The notes under the pieces were generated by a model. The model saw only the letters and a program-made list of their open reading frames with translations, was not told the DNA's origin and made no database searches. A stretch of 63,318 nucleotides of DNA, filler included, from Octopus bimaculoides (lineage: Eukaryota): the NCBI RefSeq assembly GCF_001194135.2. It is 5 parts of 5 records of this genome, joined end to end, with 100 filler letters (N's around TTAATTAATTAA, not from the genome) between each part and the next. Parts side by side here need not be neighbours in the genome. Positions count along the whole stretch, not along the records: positions 1 to 26,823 come from NC_069001.1; 4 more parts are not named here. One strand, given 5' to 3'. Of this stretch, positions 11,668 to 24,420 are shown in pieces (the stretch's first letter is position 1; each line of letters starts with the position of its first letter). The position numbers and the translations under genes are program-made.

Positions 11668-12009
11668 GTATGAGACATTTTACTTAGTATATACTATAAA
11701 TGATGATGATGATGCTGTTAAACCTATTCCTTCAAATACCAGAACATTTGACTCTGTGTCAAAGCACATGACCCTACATTTTGCCTTCTGGTTCCCTGCA
11801 GAGGACAGGCCCTCAATATATGGCTTTCTCTCAAGGTGGCAAGCTGGAAGAACTGTTAGCATGCTGGGCAAAATGTCTAGCGGCATTTTGTCTGCCTTTA
11901 TGTTTTGAGCTTTTGCATAGTTTTTACAATTGGATGTCCTCCGTCATCATCATCATCATTCAACATCCATGTTCCATGCTATTTATGTATTCATTTGTCA
12001 TCTTTTCAG

Positions 12010-12107
12010 GAAAAACTAGTCTCCATTGGGCTGCTTCAGTAAACAACGTGGCTGCAGCAAAGGTTCTACTCCATCATGGCGCTAACAGAGATGCACAGGA
12101 TAACAAG
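12010..12107 (+). CDS. Notch: Notch exon: ANK5
   Basis: tttcAG acceptor; [13 protein letters not shown]...[10 protein letters not shown]; gtatgt donor. Confidence 0.97.
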
Positions 12108-12215
12108 GTATGTATCATTGCTGTTTCTTCTTTAATCTCCTGTACTTCTGTTTCTCACTCTTCATCACAGTTGGTTGGGTTGATGAGGTGCTGAGCTATG
12201 ATGGGTTTTGAAACT

Positions 12216-12345
12216 CTTGCCCCTACATGCTCTACTCTTACCTCAACATACTCTATTTTCGCTCCCTACATCTCTACTCTTGCTCTTATGTATTCTAAAC
12301 TTGCCCCTATATACCCTACTCTTGCTCATACTCTTCTCCCTACAT
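12216..12345 (+). repeat. Degenerate 21-bp minisatellite (~6 units) in the last intron
   Basis: cttgcccctacatgctctact-like units. Confidence 0.6.
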
Positions 12346-12770
12346 GCTTAGACATTCCCCAAGGAAATGTCGGTTACTGTACTCCTGATACTCATAGACT
12401 TGGTCCAGTGTCAATTGTTGTACTCCTGTCTTTCAGACATGATATTAGTTCAGTGTCGACAGTGACACTCTTGTTTCTCAAACACAATATTCATTTGCTA
12501 TCAATCATTGTACTCTTACTCCAGAACTATGAGTGATAGAACACCACCTGTCACACAGAAACTCTTTCACTGACTGTTCTATTCTGTCATGTGACCCAGA
12601 GAACAACAACCAATGAGAGAACCTAGAAGTTCAGCTGATCACATGATTATTGTGGTCACATGACAACTGGTCATTTGTCCTATCGTTGCACCCCCCCCCC
12701 CATTAAACTGTTTTGATTCACAATAATGACAAATCTTTTTCTATGAACAATTCTCTTTTTGTCTTTTCAG

Positions 12771-14030
12771 GATGAAACTCCATTGTTCCTCGCTGCCCGA
12801 GAAGGAGGCTATGAAACTGCCAAAGTACTCTTGGAATACCATGCCAACCGAGATATTACAGATCACATGGATAGACTACCAAAGGACATGGCTGCTGAGA
12901 AGTTGCACCATGACATAGTTACTTTGCTCGAAGAGTACATGTTGAATACTTCGCCAACGATGCAAGTATCAAACAACATTGCCCCTTCCCCACCATCAAT
13001 GAACTTTGTGCAATCATCGAAACAGAAACAGCGTCCACGTAAATCAACCAAGAACAATCCTCAGTGCAAAGATGTCCAGTCCACAAAGCCAAACAGTGTA
13101 CCAGCACAAAAACCTCGCTCCCGCAAGAAGAAAACGCCTGAAGCAACAACCGTGAATGGTGGCACAAATGCTGAGATGTTGGTTACGACTAAATCACCAC
13201 CGAATATGCACTCTTCCCCTGGTGGGCCTGTTGATGTGATGTCTCAGTTTGACCAGGGTGCTTGTCAAGGTCAATTGGTGATGACCTCCAATATGGACAC
13301 AGAGCGGGACCCTGTTTATCTAGAAAGAGCAGTTATGCGTGCACATTATGCCAAACCTAACCACAGTTACGACATGTCGCCCAACTGGTTCAAATCTGCC
13401 CAGGTGACTAAGCAGGGACCACCACCATTGCCGCCACCACAGCAGCAGCAGCAGCAGCAACAGCAGCAACAACCTCCACCACCACCACAGAAAGTGCCTC
13501 CACAACAAATGCCCCCTCACCTGGTGCAGGTAGTCCCTCAGCAAACAGGTCCTGCACCAATTCCATGCAATGTGCCATCACCTGTAAAACCGAAAAGCCT
13601 GCCAACATCACCAACACACCTGCAGGCGATGCAGCAACATGCACAAATGAACAGGGCAGCACAGCACGAGAGTTGCACATTTGGTGGCGGAGGGAATGGT
13701 GGAGACAGCATTGGTTTGCTCTATCACTCGGATACACCCCATTGTCAAAAAGTGACCGCCCCACATCCAATCGCCCCTGAACAGTACCCCACCCCTCCTT
13801 CACAGCACAGTCACGTCAGCATGGAAGCCCCCATGCAGCACACACAGCCAGTCCCACCAGACCACTACCTAACGCCGTCGCCTGAATCTCCTGGTCAGTG
13901 GTCAAGTTCATCTCCTCACTCACCCCTATCATCTAACTCTGACTGGTCAGACGCCAGTCCAATTCAGACCATCAGTCATCATACACATAACCGAAACACG
14001 AAACGCTTAACTGATGCTATTTACATATAA
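12771..14030 (+). CDS. Notch: Notch terminal coding exon: ANK6-7, NLS, TAD with polyQ, PEST, stop
   Basis: tttcAG acceptor; [12 protein letters not shown]...ITDHMDRLP..., [29 protein letters not shown]...SDWS; TAA at 14028-14030. Confidence 0.98.
   Translation, partial: DETPLFLAAREGGYETAKVLLEYHANRDITDHMDRLPKDMAAEKLHHDIVTLLEEYMLNTSPTMQVSNNIAPSPPSMNFVQSSKQKQRPRKSTKNNPQCKDVQSTKPNSVPAQKPRSRKKKTPEATTVNGGTNAEMLVTTKSPPNMHSSPGGPVDVMSQFDQGACQGQLVMTSNMDTERDPVYLERAVMRAHYAKPNHSYDMSPNWFKSAQVTKQGPPPLPPPQQQQQQQQQQQPPPPPQKVPPQQMPPHLVQVVPQQTGPAPIPCNVPSPVKPKSLPTSPTHLQAMQQHAQMNRAAQHESCTFGGGGNGGDSIGLLYHSDTPHCQKVTAPHPIAPEQYPTPPSQHSHVSMEAPMQHTQPVPPDHYLTPSPESPGQWSSSSPHSPLSSNSDWSDASPIQTISHHTHNRNTKRLTDAIYI
13440..13472 (+). 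repeat. Coding CAG/CAA repeat, Q11 (OPA-like), flanked by polyP
   Basis: PPPLPPP-Q11-PPPPP. Confidence 0.9.
13866..13953 (+). other. PEST / Fbw7-type phosphodegron
   Basis: [29 protein letters not shown]. Confidence 0.9.
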
Positions 14031-17000
14031 ACAATATTAGTGGGGAGCAGTTGCTACAATTTTATTACTACTACTGCTATTACTATTACTTCTACTATAA
14101 CAGTGTGAGCAGGTGTAGTAATATACTAAACTGTTGTTGTTATTACTACTACTACTACTACTATGACAACAAAACTACTACTAAAACAGATGTTGACTTC
14201 ACGCCTTTATGTAGAAGAAACATTACCATAACTGTATGATCATCATCATCAGTAACAACAACAAAAAGATACTTTATTATGAAATCATGTTTGTGTGGGG
14301 TGGGTTACCAGCTTCCTCTCCATACTCGAATATACATACAGCCTACCATTCATTTTCATTGTTTTTTTAGAAAACATTCACTCTTGGTGGAAACACTAAT
14401 TGTGTGTATGTGCATGTGTATATATGTGTGTATGTGTATATATATATATGTATATTTATGTATATATTTATGTATATATGTGTGTGTCTGTGTATATGTA
14501 TGTGTATAATCACAAATATATACATATACACAAAGCTTGCATCCCTTGAGTCACTTAAAATTATATACACTCATCTATTGAGTTCTACTTCTTGTGTTTT
14601 ACTACACACACATTACTAGTGTAATATATATATTTGTCATATGTAAAGTGAACAGGATTATAATATCCAGACTCAAAAAGTTTTGTACAGTCAACTGTGC
14701 AAAAGCTTTGTAGGCTTGACTGTATTCATCAGTAGATTGTGAGGAGAGAAAAGAAATTACACACACACACACATGCATGCATTTATGTATGTATATACAT
14801 ACATATACAAACAAAATACATTCACACACACACACACACACACACGTTTTTAATCCTTGACTTTGAGTTCAACGGAATATATAGTTTAGCTTGAGTACTT
14901 TGAAAAGGATGCTCAAGGGCTTTGGTGAACTCATAATTAAGGATTTAAAATTTTGCTTTGAGTACTTTATTCTAAGTGGCCTGACAGCGTTCCTTTGAAT
15001 CGGTCATCTTGATGAATATAAGTCTTGTGTGTGTTTTGTTTAAATATTGGTTGAAATGGGTCCCAAAGACAATAGAGCAGTAGCTGTCTCAAGGCTTCTC
15101 TGTACCTTCATGGATCATTCATATGAGTGTACAATGACCTTTCTTAATGTACAGAATCTTCAAGCATTTGTGCAAAGGTGTTTTTATATGTTAATATATA
15201 TAGTGTGTATGTACACAAATTAAGGTTTTCCAAAGAATTTTTCACATGGTGTTTACACTTGGCTGCTCTTCCTATCACCCACCATTTTACAGCATGGACT
15301 GGAACCATTTTAATGTAGCAGCTGGTGCTATAGTGTTTGTCTCTGACTGGGCTAAAGAGCCCCCTACCTCCACTAACAAGCTAAATTACAGAGTAGCAAA
15401 GAAGGACTAAGTGAGGAAAAATTCTTAGGGGCACACTCTGCAAGAAAACTAAAAGTTAAGGCCAGTGCTAACATGCTTAATGTTGTGTGCCAAGAAATTT
15501 AAAATCACATCTTTAATGAGGGGAAAGGATCATTAGCTTAATGAACAGTTCTAATCAAGAAAGACATGGGAAATAACCATAGAATTTTAATTAATTAAAA
15601 ATAGAATTCAGGTAACAACATCATCTACTATTCATCTCTGTCTCAGCGCTGACTCTAGATAAACCCCACCACCATCACAGAAGGAGAAAGAAGAGATTGA
15701 AACCTTGCTTCTTAAGACTGAAGAATTTTGTTATTATTCTAAGACCTACAATCAAACTGTGTGATTTAATTTTTTCCAGTTACAATGTATTTAGGACCAC
15801 ATATCTACTGCATCGTTCCATTTATAATGTGTATAGTTTACCTGGTTGTTGTCGTGTAGCTTCTGGTCAGTCCTGGTCCAACAGATTTATGATCAAAGAT
15901 ATTCCAGCCATGACCATCCCAACTTATATTTAGACAAAGTGTATCGAGAGCCACATTATCTGAATAAATTTTAATTTTTCTGTTTTAAAGACTTCAGTAT
16001 AGTGTTTTGATTAAAAAAAAAATATTAGGCTGCTATTTCTAGCAGGTTATGGACCATGAAAGAGAGTGGGATGGTCAGTCTTGCATTGGCTTTGTTTTGG
16101 GGAGTGGAAGAGAAAAAGCAGAGGGTTTGCTAGGTTTACTTTTATATTTATTTTTAATTTTCAAAAAATGGTTATTTATTAAATATTCAATGGTGGTGGG
16201 CAGGGAATTGTTTGACAGGAATATGACGAGTTTCTTTGGAATATTATTCAACAGTGTCTTTGAATATTTATTATTTTCCTTTATTTTAATTATTCTTTTT
16301 TAAACACTTGATCTAGTTAATTAATGAACAATGTTCATTAGTTAATTAATTGGACCCATTGAATTATTAAACAAAAAAATATTTTTTAATTAAGAAAAAA
16401 ATAACAGTGAACCTAAATTTTTTTTTAATAAATTAAAAGCCTAATTTTTATTATTCACACAAATTGTTAGTCGCTCAAATCTTAATTAGAAGTGGTGGTG
16501 GCAGTGAGTATACTGGTAGTGGTGACAGTGTAGGCTTTCTAAAGTTCAACTTCTTTTTAAAAATACCAAATTCACTTTTTTGATTTTAGCTTAGAATTTC
16601 AACTAAATTTCATGAAAATCTTATCAAATTTTTATCACATTTTTTCACCCCACTACACCCAGAAACTAGCCTTATTTGTGCTTACAAAGCAGAACATTCA
16701 GAGTTGCCTTTTATAGAAATAATTAGTAGAACAAGTCAGTGACTTGCCTTATGTGGAGACGATCAGGAGCATATTCAGTGACTTGCCTTATATGGGAGTA
16801 ACTGTAGCATAAACTTGCCTTATATGGAAATAACTGGAACACTGACTTGCCTTATATGGCATTAATTGATAGAACACTGAAAGACTTGCCTTATATGGAT
16901 CTGGTGGAACATGCAGTGCCTTGCATTATATGACAGAGACCCATTCAGTGCCTTGACATAGACAGAAGTTAGAACATTCAATGCTTTATCTTATATGGCA

Positions 17001-17760
17001 ACAGTTAGTAGCGCATTCAGTGCCTTGTCTTATATGGCCATGATAGAAGGAGTATTTGGGGAGCTGTACTACACAGCTGTAAGTGTAACAGAACATTACC
17101 GATGTATTTCTAAGACTCAACCTTAAAAGGCAGTCATTGATGTTCAGGGACTGATGCTAAACGCCTTAATACAGAACCATTTCAATTGTCTTTATGCATC
17201 AGATTCCATCATTTGGACTTTTCGGTTTTAGAACCACAGATTTTAAAATCAAAGGTCAAACATCAGATCATTTAAACTGACACACACACACACACACACA
17301 CACAAAATCAAAACACAAAAGACATATCTCAAAACAATTTAAAACAAACTCTAATACACCACCTCCAAAGATATCTTAGAGTACCCTCTTAAAACTAATT
17401 TAGGTCAGACTCTCATTGCGAAGACACCTATGATCAAAAGCAGTCCAGCTGTGACTATTACCACCCCTCTTTTATTTGTATTCTTTGGTAGACTTGGCAT
17501 ACATCTAGAACCACATTATCTAATATGTCCTGTTATGTTCTTAAGATTGTGGTGTGTGTGATTTGAGGGAAGTTTGACTGTTATTTCTACAACTGCGTAG
17601 ATCCTTCATTGTTGTTTCTTTGTCTGATGTTCTTAACCATTTTGTTAGCATATCTTCCCTTTCAATTAATTTTGTAAATAATGAAGAGTTTAGTAAAACA
17701 AAAAAATAAATAAATAAAATAACACAGTCATTAATTAAACTGGTGTTTGGAAAATAAATT
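14031..17760 (+). other. Probable long Notch 3' UTR (3' end uncertain)
   Basis: Follows the stop codon and is poor in transposons up to the SINE at 18021. AATAAA at 15963, 16427 and clustered at ~17705-17760. Confidence 0.4.
16695..17037 (+). promoter_or_regulatory. Degenerate ~30-40 bp tandem array, consensus CATTCAGTGACTTGCCTTATATGG + variable spacer; miR-124 seed / CArG cluster
   Basis: About 10 units read directly. TGCCTTA at 16745, 16784, 16816, 16848, 16887; GTGCCTT at 16916, 16948, 17020; CCTTATATGG at 16786, 16818, 16850, 16889. Confidence 0.75.
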
Positions 17761-18020
17761 AACATTGAATTTTGATGGAAGGTTTCAGTTTAGATAATTT
17801 TAAAACAAGTTTGTATTGTAGAAGCAGGGAAGAGTCTCAGACAGATTAGTATTGAATAGGTTATATCCCAAGGTTCAGTTTTTGGGTTGGGAGGATTCCT
17901 AATTGCTCCTTTCTCAATCTGTTTGAAAGCTGTACATTTTAAAGTCAATATTGTCACTCAAAAATCTGTACATGCAGAATTTAAGGGTCTATCATTATAA
18001 TTGATTTTTTATTAATTTTT

Positions 18021-18212
18021 AAGGTGGTGAGCTGGCAGACTCGTAAGCACATTGGACGAAATGCTTAACTGCATTTCTTCTGATTTTTTATGTTCTGAGT
18101 TCAAATCCTGGGTCGATAAAATAAGGTACCAGTCAAATACTGGGGGTCAATGTAATCGATTTATCCCCTTCCTTTAAAATTTCAGGCTATGTGCCAAAAT
18201 TTAAAGCCATTA
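18021..18212 (+). mobile_element. SINE family A (internally deleted)
   Basis: A-box-like ggtgagctggcag, B-box gagttcaaatcc, family tail. Confidence 0.75.
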
Positions 18213-19239
18213 TCATTATTTTTTGTTGGTCATTAAAAAAAAGAACACACAAGTCTTCTTATTCATTAATCATTAAGGAAAAAAAAAACAAACAAAAATC
18301 AACTCAATGAAACAATAGTAAATCAGAGGGTGAAGAGGAGAAGCTGGATCTTTCATGCCTTGCTGAACAATATTTTTGAGCACAGCGGACAACATTTTCT
18401 GGACATGTTACAAATATGGTGAAACCTTATGAACAAGAAATTAGTTTGTAATGGCAGCAGTTTTGTTGTTGTTTGTTACATACACACACATATGTATATA
18501 TGCATGTGCATATATGTTTTGGGATAACGCACAAGGAAAAAAAATTTCCAAAGGAACTCTTAACCCTTCAGAAAAAACAATACCCTTCCCCCTTTATTTT
18601 GATGGTCAGCATCATTTTTGCCAATGAAATCCCAATTTGATGGGTGATGTCTGAAATAAAAGAATGATTTTTTTTTTTTTTTGTTATTGGAACAAAAAGA
18701 AAGAACAAAAGACAATAAAAACATTGAAAAACGAAAAAAAGAAAAAAAATATACAATTTTTTTTTTNNNNNNNNNNNNNNNNNNNNNNNNNNNNNNNNNN
18801 NNNNNNNNNNNNNNNNNNNNNNNNNNNNNNNNNNNNNNNNNNNNNNNNNNNNNNNNNNNNNNNNNNNNNNNNNNNNNNNNNNNNNNNNNNNNNNNNNNNN
18901 NNNNNNNNNNNNNNNNNNNNNNNNNNNNNNNNNNNNNNNNNNNNNNNNNNNNNNNNNNNNNNNNNNNNNNNNNNNNNNNNNNNNNNNNNNNNNNNNNNNN
19001 NNNNNNNNNNNNNNNNNNNNNNNNNNNNNNNNNNNNNNNNNNNNNNNNNNNNNNNNNNNNNNNNNNNNNNNNNNNNNNNNNNNNNNNNNNCATTATATTT
19101 CCTCCAAAAAATCAGCCCCAAACCCCCCAGATATTTTGCTATCAGAATATGTAACATAACTTACTATTTCATTTCTGCAGTAAACACAAGAATTCCATCT
19201 CCATTAATCATTATTATTATTATTATAATTTTCTAACTT

Positions 19240-19810
19240 AGATACAAGACCAGAAATTTTAAGGGAAGGAGGTGGGGGATTAGACAAAAACATCCACTCT
19301 GGGACTTGTCTGGTACTTTATTTTAATTGACCCCAGAGAGATGAAAGGTAGTGTTAACCACAGCAAGAATTGGAGCTCATTTTCGTGATTTGAGTTCAAA
19401 TCTCAGAGAGATCATCCTTGCCTTTTATCCTTTCAGGGTTGATAAGATAATTACCAGTTAAGCCCTGGGGTTGATGTATTTGACTAGCCACCCCCTACCC
19501 CAAAATTGTACCTATGGTAGAAAGAATTATTATTATTTTCTAATTTAGGCATATGACTAACAATTCCAAGAGGAGTGGGGTTAGCTCCAGTACATGGTAG
19601 GTACTTTATCTTATCAACCCTGAAGAGATGACAAGCAAAGTTTACTTTGGCAGAAACTATTCATTTTCACAGTTTGAGTTCAAATCCTGCCTTGACCAAC
19701 TTTACCTTTCATTCTTTCAGGGTCGATGAAATGAAGTACAAGTCCAATACTGGGGTTGATGCTTCCCTTTAAAATTGTTAGACTTATGCCTAAATTAAAA
19801 ACCATTATAA
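19240..19810. mobile_element. Four SINE family A fragments in -/+/-/+ order
   Basis: 19240-19380(-), 19391-19535(+), 19545-19650(-), 19675-19810(+). More decayed fragments extend to ~20790. Confidence 0.65.
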
Positions 19811-21722
19811 TTATTATTGTTGTTATCATCATTATTCCTCATCACCTCTCCATTGTGAACAACAAACCAGAACAATCCAGAATCTTCATATTTTTTTTTT
19901 TCTTCAGAACTCCTTTATCGTTTTTTTTTTTTTTTTCTACTGGACAACTTCCTCACTGAAAGTTGAAGGCAAAAACCATTTATACGAAGGGCATTAATAA
20001 AGTCTAGATATTGGGGATAGTAAGAAACCAGTAATGAAATACTTGGACTAAACTGAGTTGCAGTAGACATTTCGCTTAGAATGGTCTTCTGTATTCTGTT
20101 CTGAGTAGAAATCTTTCCTCGGTCGGTTTAAAAAATATTTTCATCTGAAGTTTCATTCTGGGGTGAAATTTAAGATGGGGAGGGTGAATAGTCTATAAAA
20201 TAAGTCAGTTACTGGGGTTGATATTAACATACCCCCTACACACATCAGCCACTTAGTGGAGGAATGGCAGACATATGTGCCTTGTGGTGTTTCTTATCAT
20301 ACCTTGAAGTCATGAGTTTAAATCATACCAAAGTTGTGCCTTATTAACCCTTCCCAAGTATATAAAATATGTACCAGTAATATACTGAGGTCAGTCAAAT
20401 CATCTAATATCCTTTCCTCTTCTGAAATTTGTGACCATGAAATAGTTATCCTTATCACCATCATCAGTGTCTCAATTGTTGTCGTCATCATCCTCATCAT
20501 GACTTCATCATCATTAACTTCATTATTATCATGATCATCTTCATCGTTAATGGCAGAAACATTGAACTCAACATGCAATCCCTTACATTCTGAGTTCAAA
20601 TACACCTGGGATTCCACTGTGCCCATTCATCTCCTCAATAATAGGGGGTACATACGTGCATCTGTGATTCATTCAATTAGATTCGGTTCCTTATATAATC
20701 ATTACCATAATTGTCCTTTTACATTTTCTGGGTTTGGAGGTTAGGGTTCATAAAAGAAGTCAGTACCAGTCATATGCTAGGGGTTATTGAATGGATCATA
20801 TATTTCTCACAACACGTTGCATCTAAGAAATCTTTGTCATTATCATTTTTGTGGGGCCTGATGGGCAGTGGCAATCCCAACACCACCACCCAGCCCTTTT
20901 CTTCCTGTCTCATTACAATCAGCTCTGCCTCTCCACTCAAATACCTCCATCTGTCTCCTCCTTTGTTTAAATTCTTCTGGGATTCTCATTCTTAACACTT
21001 CCTTCAAACCCAACAAATAAATTTATACATATAATTTTATACACACAGACACATGTATGTATATATATGTTTGTGTATTTATGTATGTGTGTGTGTGTAT
21101 ATATATATATATACATACACACACACACACATACGCATCATATATACTATATACATAAAGAGAAAAGCATGGCTGTGTGGTTATTAAATTTCCTTTAGAA
21201 CCACATGGCACTGCATGCCACCACGGGCCAATGTCTTATATTGCAGCCTCAGATTAAGTGGGACTTGGCATACAAGAGACTGTTCAGAAATCCATCATAT
21301 ATATATATATTTGTTTCACTCATGTGGTTGCAATCATGCTGGAGCACCACCATATTATATATAATGAGTGAAACAACTAAAAAAAAAAAGATATATGTAT
21401 ATATAAAATATATACAAGTGTCTAGTGGGAGTCTGATATCTCACTGTTGAAATATCTTCATGTCTTGGTCTCATGAGGGAAGGCTGAGTCTTGTTTTTGT
21501 TTTGCAATCAAAAAATGACTATTGGTAGAGGGCATATCAGCAGCAGGTAGTTTCTAAGATTAAGGTGCAAAGACTTGGTTTATGGTGATGGACAAAAATT
21601 CTGACAACACAATATATATATATATATATACACACACATGTATGCATGTGTATATATATATATATTTTTTTTAAAAATTTATTTATGGGTTTCAGCCAAG
21701 TGGTTGTGGTCATGCTGGAGCA

Positions 21723-21771
<49 letters not shown>

Positions 21772-21980
21772 TAATTATAAAATCTGGTAATTAGTCATAT
21801 ATTAATTAATATCGAATAATTATCAGGAGGCCAGCACATCTAAAGAATCAAAGAGATTCAGAAATATTATCTGCAATCTCAGGGGATTAAGGTACATTTT
21901 AAAAAATAACGTCGACCACTAACGTGGACAGTTAATGCGCTAGAAATAGATCACATCTTGTGTCCATTAAGACCTATATA

Positions 21981-22794
21981 TATGAGGGAGTACCTAAAAG
22001 TAACTGGAAACATTCTCTGTGGGACAAGTCCATTGTAATTCAGACTTCTGCTGCTAGAAGTCAGGGTGTCTGTCGACCTCCTGAATGAATGAAGACATCA
22101 AAAAAATTCATGACCTGTTCCAGGAGGACCATCATTGAACAATTGATGAACTTGTTAATATGACTGGTGTGTTCTGGAGCTCCTGCTAAAGAATTTTGAG
22201 TAAGGAATCGTAAATGGAAAGAGTTGCAGCAAAATTTGTGCCTTGCTTGATCATGTCGTGAACTGAAAGAACAGTTGGAATTTGATCTGGACCTTTTCCC
22301 GAAGGTCAGCACTGGTCACAAAAGTTGGTGCTACAGCTATGACTTAGAAACAAAGCAGCAATCAAGTCAATGGAACCATTCAATGTCACCACATGCTAAA
22401 GAAGGGCATCAAGTGAAGTCCAATGTCAAGACGATGCTGATTTGTTCCTCCAGGTCAAACTATTAACCAAACATTTTACTTGGCAGTTCTGAAGCATTTG
22501 CGAAATGTGGTGACATGAAAATGCCCTGACTTGTGGTCAAGTAGAGAGTGGTGGTTTCATCACAATAATGCACCTGTGCACACCGCCTCGAGTGTGAGAT
22601 AGTTTTGGGCCAAAAATGGCATGACCCTGCATATCCGCCCAATCTTGCTCTCTGTGGAAGAGATGAAAAGCAAAACGATGGAGGCATTAAAAGGCATTGC
22701 TTCAAAGGGACAAGACTTTGAAGGCAATAAAAGTGTAAAACTTTAGTGAATAAAATATTGCAAAATTTCAGTTTCTTTTGGGTACTCCCTCATA
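21981..22794 (+). mobile_element. Internally deleted mariner element with both TIRs and TA target site duplication
   Basis: TA-TGAGGGAGTACCTAAAAGTAACTGGAAA ... TTTCAGTTTCTTTTGGGTACTCCCTCA-TA; remnants TGHKSWCYSYDLETKQQSSQW, HHNNAPVH, HPAYPPNLA. Confidence 0.88.
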
Positions 22795-22815
22795 TATACA
22801 CACTGTGTGTGTTTT

Positions 22816-22854
<39 letters not shown>

Positions 22855-22874
22855 CTACACATGCTTACAATTCA

Positions 22875-22908
<34 letters not shown>

Positions 22909-23486
22909 NNNNNNNNNNNNNNNNNNNNNNNNNNNNNNNNNNNNNNNNNNNNNNNNNNNNNNNNNNNNNNNNNNNNNNNNNNNNNNNNNNNNNNNNNNNN
23001 NNNNNNNNNNNNNNNNNNNNNNNNNNNNNNNNNNNNNNNNNNNNNNNNNNNNNNNNNNNNNNNNNNNNNNNNNNNNNNNNNNNNNNNNNNNNNNNNNNNN
23101 NNNNNNNNNNNNNNNNNNNNNNNNNNNNNNNNNNNNNNNNNNNNNNNNNNNNNNNNNNNNNNNNNNNNNNNNNNNNNNNNNNNNNNNNNNNNNNNNNNNN
23201 NNNNNNNNNNNNNNNNNNNNNNNNNNNNNNNNNNNNNNNNNNNNNNNNNNNNNNNNNNNNNNNNNNNNNNNNNNNNNNNNNNNNNNNNNNNNNNNNNNNN
23301 NNNNNNNNNNNNNNNNNNNNNNNNNNNNNNNNNNNNNNNNNNNNNNNNNNNNNNNNNNNNNNNNNNNNNNNNNNNNNNNNNNNNNNNNNNNNNNNNNNNN
23401 NNNNNNNNNNNNNNNNNNNNNNNNNNNNNNNNNNNNNNNNNNNNNNNNNNNNNNNNNNNNNNNNNNNNNNNNNNNNNNNNNNNNNN

Positions 23487-23533
<47 letters not shown>

Positions 23534-24420
23534 GCATATTCTTCTCCATGTTGACTATATACTATATTCTGTTCCAACCATTTATCATCATCACTAGCAT
23601 TGTCATCATCACATTTGGACATTGTTCTTTCAAATCCGTTGTTGTACATACATAAGTCTCTACAAAATATTGTTTCATACAAATTTATATCATTGTCTCA
23701 CTATATACATACATAAATATATACATGTATGTATATAACTTCTAAGTGAAGCATTTAAGTCGAAATGAAATAAAAAAAATAAAACAAAATGTTTCACCTA
23801 ACCTGTTTGTTTTTGTGTTTTTGATTTGATGTCGGTTGATTGGTCGGCACTGCACTTAACTCTAAGCCCTTTAATTCCAGGCCTTGCTTCTACTAAGACA
23901 TTTTGTCCAACACTTCTAATCTAGGGGATTGGTAAAGTAGTCAACAATGATTCCTGGGGGTCATCCCTGTGGCTTTCAAAGGGGTTGCTAAACATTTGAA
24001 ATGAGTTTGAGCATTAAGGACGCTGAATTAATAGTGAACTGTGGGGGGTTTTGTGTTTGTTGTATTTTTTTTTTTTTTTTTTTTTTTCATGATGAACAAA
24101 ATTCCATTTAAAAAGATCTATCTGAAATAAAATTAGGAAGCTCAAAATTCCTTAGCAGATATCACACCATTGGCATACACCTAGTAAACATGTAATGCCA
24201 ACTGGCTGATTGGCAAACTAATTAAAGAGAAGTGTACACTTTTCATGAAGACATTGTAATAGAGGCACTCAATACTAGTGTGCATTTATAGTCTATTTAC
24301 AATAGAGTGGTTTTAGTTGTCTGACAATTTTGAATTTGCTCTAATTTACACTAATTTACAGCCAAATATCAATGCAATAACTAGTATTCATCACACACAT
24401 ATTTCACATTAAATATTCAG

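Noticed and set aside
11781-12009. 5' extension of ORF 11781-12194
   Set aside because: Intronic read-through; the real exon starts at the AG acceptor at 12008-12009.
16695-17037. CRISPR-like repeat-spacer appearance
   Set aside because: Eukaryotic context, repeats are diverged, spacers are short and related to one another, and there are no cas genes.
15760-17562. K-box-like TGTGAT hexamers in the putative 3' UTR
   Set aside because: Two isolated hexamers next to GT-rich sequence are expected by chance.
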